Shown: positions 60,146 through 64,000 of the stretch, one piece after another | Numbering within the stretch: position 1 is the first letter of the stretch | Layout: every line of letters starts with the position of its first letter | Origin: Eledone cirrhosa | Lineage: Eukaryota | NCBI GenBank assembly: GCA_964016885.1 | Contig: OZ024756.1 | Span: 40,982,001-41,046,000 of the forward strand | Direction: 5' to 3' | Length of the DNA stretch: 64,000 nucleotides | Position numbers and translations under genes: made by a program | Notes under the pieces: generated by a model | Seen by the model: only the letters and a program-made list of their open reading frames with translations | Database searches by the model: none | Told to the model about the DNA's origin: nothing

Positions 60146-60758
60146 GAAGTTATGGATTGAGAAAGAAGAACATATAGATTGAAAATATTTTTTTAATTAA
60201 GGAAAATATACAAAAGTGAATCAGAATTTATGAAGTGGTGGATGTGAGATGAAGTGGAGACTAATGTTTCTGGCAACACCCTTACTTATATCACTAGTCT
60301 AACAATGCTAGTGACTATAGTTTTACATGAGCCAATGAAAGAAACCTATATATGGTTAACCGACATACTAGAAATAGCAGCCAAATATCTCTAGAATCAC
60401 ATCCAGCTCTCTTTAAAAAAAAGATGATATGGCCATGCCTGGAATGACTTTGATCATGGGGTCTACTCAGTCTGGGCTGACAAGGAACTAAAAAGCAGCA
60501 TCACATGTTCTAACCCTCCTACTGTGTTCTTTACTCTATAGAAAAAGAGATACTACTTACATTTCATGGTTGAGTGATTAGAACCAGGAGAATACATTCA
60601 ACAGTAAAAAATACCACATTTCAAAGACAAATAAAGGAATTCTTTGCAACCATACACACAGTATAACATCAATATAAACCAGACAAACTATATATATATG
60701 TGTGCTTGCGTGTGTATACATAAATATATACATTCATATACATACATACATACATACA

Positions 60759-60794
<36 letters not shown>

Positions 60795-60877
60795 TATACA
60801 TATATATAAATATAGATACATATATAAAATTATATATACATACATAAAACACACCTACACACACAAAGACAAATAAT

Positions 60878-61059
60878 TGTTTCTACTTTTGGCACAAGGC
60901 CAGCAATTACCCAGTGCATTACTGGTACTTTATTTTATCGACCCCGTAAGGATGAAAGGCAAAGTCAACCTCGGCGGGATTTGAACTCAGATCGTAAAGG
61001 GACGTAACTATGCTGGAAAGCATGGCGTCCGACCCTCTACCGATACTGCCAAACGACCG
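60878..61059 (-). mobile_element. Young full-length tRNA-derived SINE
   Basis: Five mismatches in ~181 bp against 39911-40091; TSD (C)AAAGACAAATAAT at 60864-60877 and 61060-61073. Confidence 0.95.
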
Positions 61060-63629
61060 CAAAGACAAATAATGAAATTCTTAACAGCCAAACACAATAA
61101 ATTATAATAAAATAAATATTAACCAGAAAAACAAACTAGCTATTTCATACAGAAAGAGAGAGAGGGGGGTGGGGTGGGGGAGACACATATCACATTGTTG
61201 TGCTTATCTGTTTAACCATTTCATCTCCCATCTAAAAAAAAGTTTACACTTGCATGGTAAATGTTGAGACAGTGTTGTTGATAACAGCAAGGAATGTGCC
61301 AGATTATTCTGTTTCAAGAAGTAATGAAAGATGGCTGTGAATTTACTGTAAACTGGGTGGCTACTGAACAGCCAAAATACAGAGTATCCTAACCATAGCT
61401 TTATAGTTTAGAGGAAATGCTTGATGAAAACAACACATATATAAGTTAATGAGTTAGTTGCAAGTATTTCTAGGAGGAAAAGTATCAAATTTTGCTTATG
61501 GGGTTATGTATAATACGTGGAAAATATTCAGCCTTTTATTTTGTTGACTATTAACAGATGAATTAGATACCAAGCCCAACAATGGAGGGTAAAAAAGACA
61601 TGTATTTGTGGAACATTCTGTTCTGTACTGGTCATATTTAACCCTTTCAATACCAACCTGCCCCCAATCCCCTCTGCTTCTATGGAACAAAGCCATTCAT
61701 TTAAAAGGTCTTATTTAAATTTAAAATGTTCCAACATAATTTTGTATAAAACCTTTATGCCATGTTACAAATACCATCTTAATAACTGGAATAATTTACA
61801 ATGTAAGCATTCCCCCGGAGGATAGCAATGAAGACATGTTGAAATAACAATTCCCACATGCAGGGCTCACTCCTGCATGTAGTCAACACTGCCCTGACAA
61901 CAGCAAATTGGGATGTGACTTAGGATCTCAGAATGACAGAAGTTTCCACTATTATTTTTAATTCCAGAGTATTTCAAGACAATAAATGTTTAAAAATACA
62001 GTTTATATATAGAAATAATTGGATATATGCCTCCATTAGACTTCACCTGCTGAATTAAAACAAATCTGTAGCATACCTTTACAACAGTAAATAATCTTTT
62101 CTAACAGGCATACATTTAGGAGCAATGACTTGTGAATTCAGATCTGGCTGAAGGTGCTGGTAACTCTGGCAGAGAGCCAGGGTCCCACATCAGGTTTTTA
62201 GGGTCTTCCAAATACAAAATGAAAGATGTGGAAATAATAAATAAAATTAAATAAAAACAAAATGTGAAAATTCCTTGAGATTCGTTACATCTACTGAATG
62301 GGTAGGAATTTTTAACAAAAATGTGTTGAGATAATTAGCAGTAATTCACACACAACACTCTCTCTCATATTAATGAATTAAACTCTCATGTATTTGTTCC
62401 ATTCCCTTTAGCTTGTATATTTTAATAAACACTTTATTTTTATATTTGTAATTTTTCCTTAAACAAAGATATACTTATAAGCATTCATCTTGCTCAGGGT
62501 TAGGGGACCATATTTTGCTTTATAATGTCCCATTATTTTAGTAAGATTTTTATGGCTAGATGCCCTTCTTAATGCCAACCACTTTAAAGAGTGTACTGGG
62601 TGAATTACCACTAGAGAGGGTATATCATTGGCAATACTAGGTGGATCCTTGCAATCCTATTTTGTCTCTATTCAATATGTGTGTGTGTGTGTGTGTGTGT
62701 GTACATAAAATCAATATATCAATATTCCAGAATCAGATAGATCAACAAAAAAATAACCATCTTGAAAACCATAGTAACAAGCAAAATATATCTATATGTG
62801 TGCATGTGCAAGTGTGTGTGTGTGTATGTGCATAGATATATTTATATATACATTTGCATACATTATTACATTCACAAATACACACTGGAACTCACATGCA
62901 TAGACAGATAGGCATCCACTTAGTGTAACAGTATGTATGTATAACTGCTCATGCATTCACTTATGTATATATGTATGTATGTGACTATATATGTATGTAT
63001 GAGTGTTTGTATGTATGTACATATGAGTGAGTGTAAGTGTATTTCTATGTATGTCATAGGAACATGCTTTTTCTATTAAATATCTGATAAATTGCTAGCA
63101 GCCAATATATCATACATCATATACATCTATAAATATTATACTACATTCAAAATAGATGTAGGTAGTATTTTCTTTCCTTAATCACTTCAAAAATATTTCA
63201 AATCTGACTTATAATGATAACCAGGTTTAGAACTTCATAGAAACACCAACACTGGCGCTCAGAATTAGTAGACTTTTTACTGGGTTGGAACCATTGTCAT
63301 AATAGCTGACACCACCCACAATAACACCACAGCCACAACTACCAACACTGTCACAACCACCACTACCACTACCAAAAAAATGAAATAAAGAAAAAAGGAG
63401 AGAAAAATGGGCAAAAATGGAATGGAGCAAAGTGTAAATTCTTGTCTGTGACCCACAGACAAAATAGTGAAAGCTTTGTTGCAGAGAACAGCCAGTAATA
63501 TCTGCTGCATTGGTCATTCCATCTCCTTTTTCTCAATTTGGTGGAGGAAAACAGCAGCCCCTGGAGGTTAAGAACACCAGAGGTCTCAACAGTGATATAT
63601 GATGATGATGATGATGAATATATATACAT

Positions 63630-63968
63630 GGAGGCACATGGCTTAGTGGTTAGAGCATTGGCCTTGTAATCGAAAGGTTGTGAGTTCAATTCTCAGACCG
63701 GGTGATGTGTTGTTTCCTTGAGCAAGACACTTTATTTCACATTGCTCCAGTTTACTCAGCTGTAGAAATGAGATGATAGGGAGTGGGGTCCCTATCATTC
63801 CACAGTAAAGTGGTCGTGGAGGTGCCACGGCAAAAAAAGCACCCAGCACTCACTGTAAATGAGGTTGGTGTTAGGAAGGGCATCCAGCTGTAGAAATCAA
63901 GCCAGAATCAGTTCCCGTCCCACCCTTGCAAGCAGGGAAAAGCGGACGTAAAATGATGATGATGATGA
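63630..63968 (+). mobile_element. Full-length tRNA/CORE-like SINE with RTE-type (TGA)n tail
   Basis: A-box TGGCTTAGTGG, B-box GAGTTCAATTC, core CCTTGAGCAAGACACTTT, 3' end GGAAAAGCGGACGTAAAATGATGATGAT. Confidence 0.85.
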
Positions 63969-64000
63969 TATATATATATATATATATATATATAGTGGCG

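Overview
AT-rich, microsatellite-dense animal genomic DNA. The repeat content (tRNA-derived SINEs with CORE-like and RTE-type tails, RTE LINE fragments, TTAA- and hAT-type MITEs) suggests a cephalopod such as Octopus; this is an inference. There is one convincing protein-coding region, an intronless 846-aa ORF on the minus strand (34458-36998). It encodes an acidic, probably disordered protein with an MGC dual-acylation N-terminus, 11-residue amphipathic repeats, two synuclein-like KEGV motifs, four ETSVD repeats and an LPPPPPP motif. It sits in a zone of about 9 kb where I saw no recognisable transposons. The rest is intergenic or intronic: young and old SINEs, RTE LINE fragments, two hAT MITEs with 8-bp target-site duplications (one carrying an 18x37-bp array) and many mini/microsatellites. 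There are also four long fold-back palindromes and short TA-embedded elements with hammerhead ribozyme motifs (best at 20427-20484), which look like Penelope-like/retrozyme remnants. Family assignments come from visual comparison and recalled consensus motifs; no database search was run.
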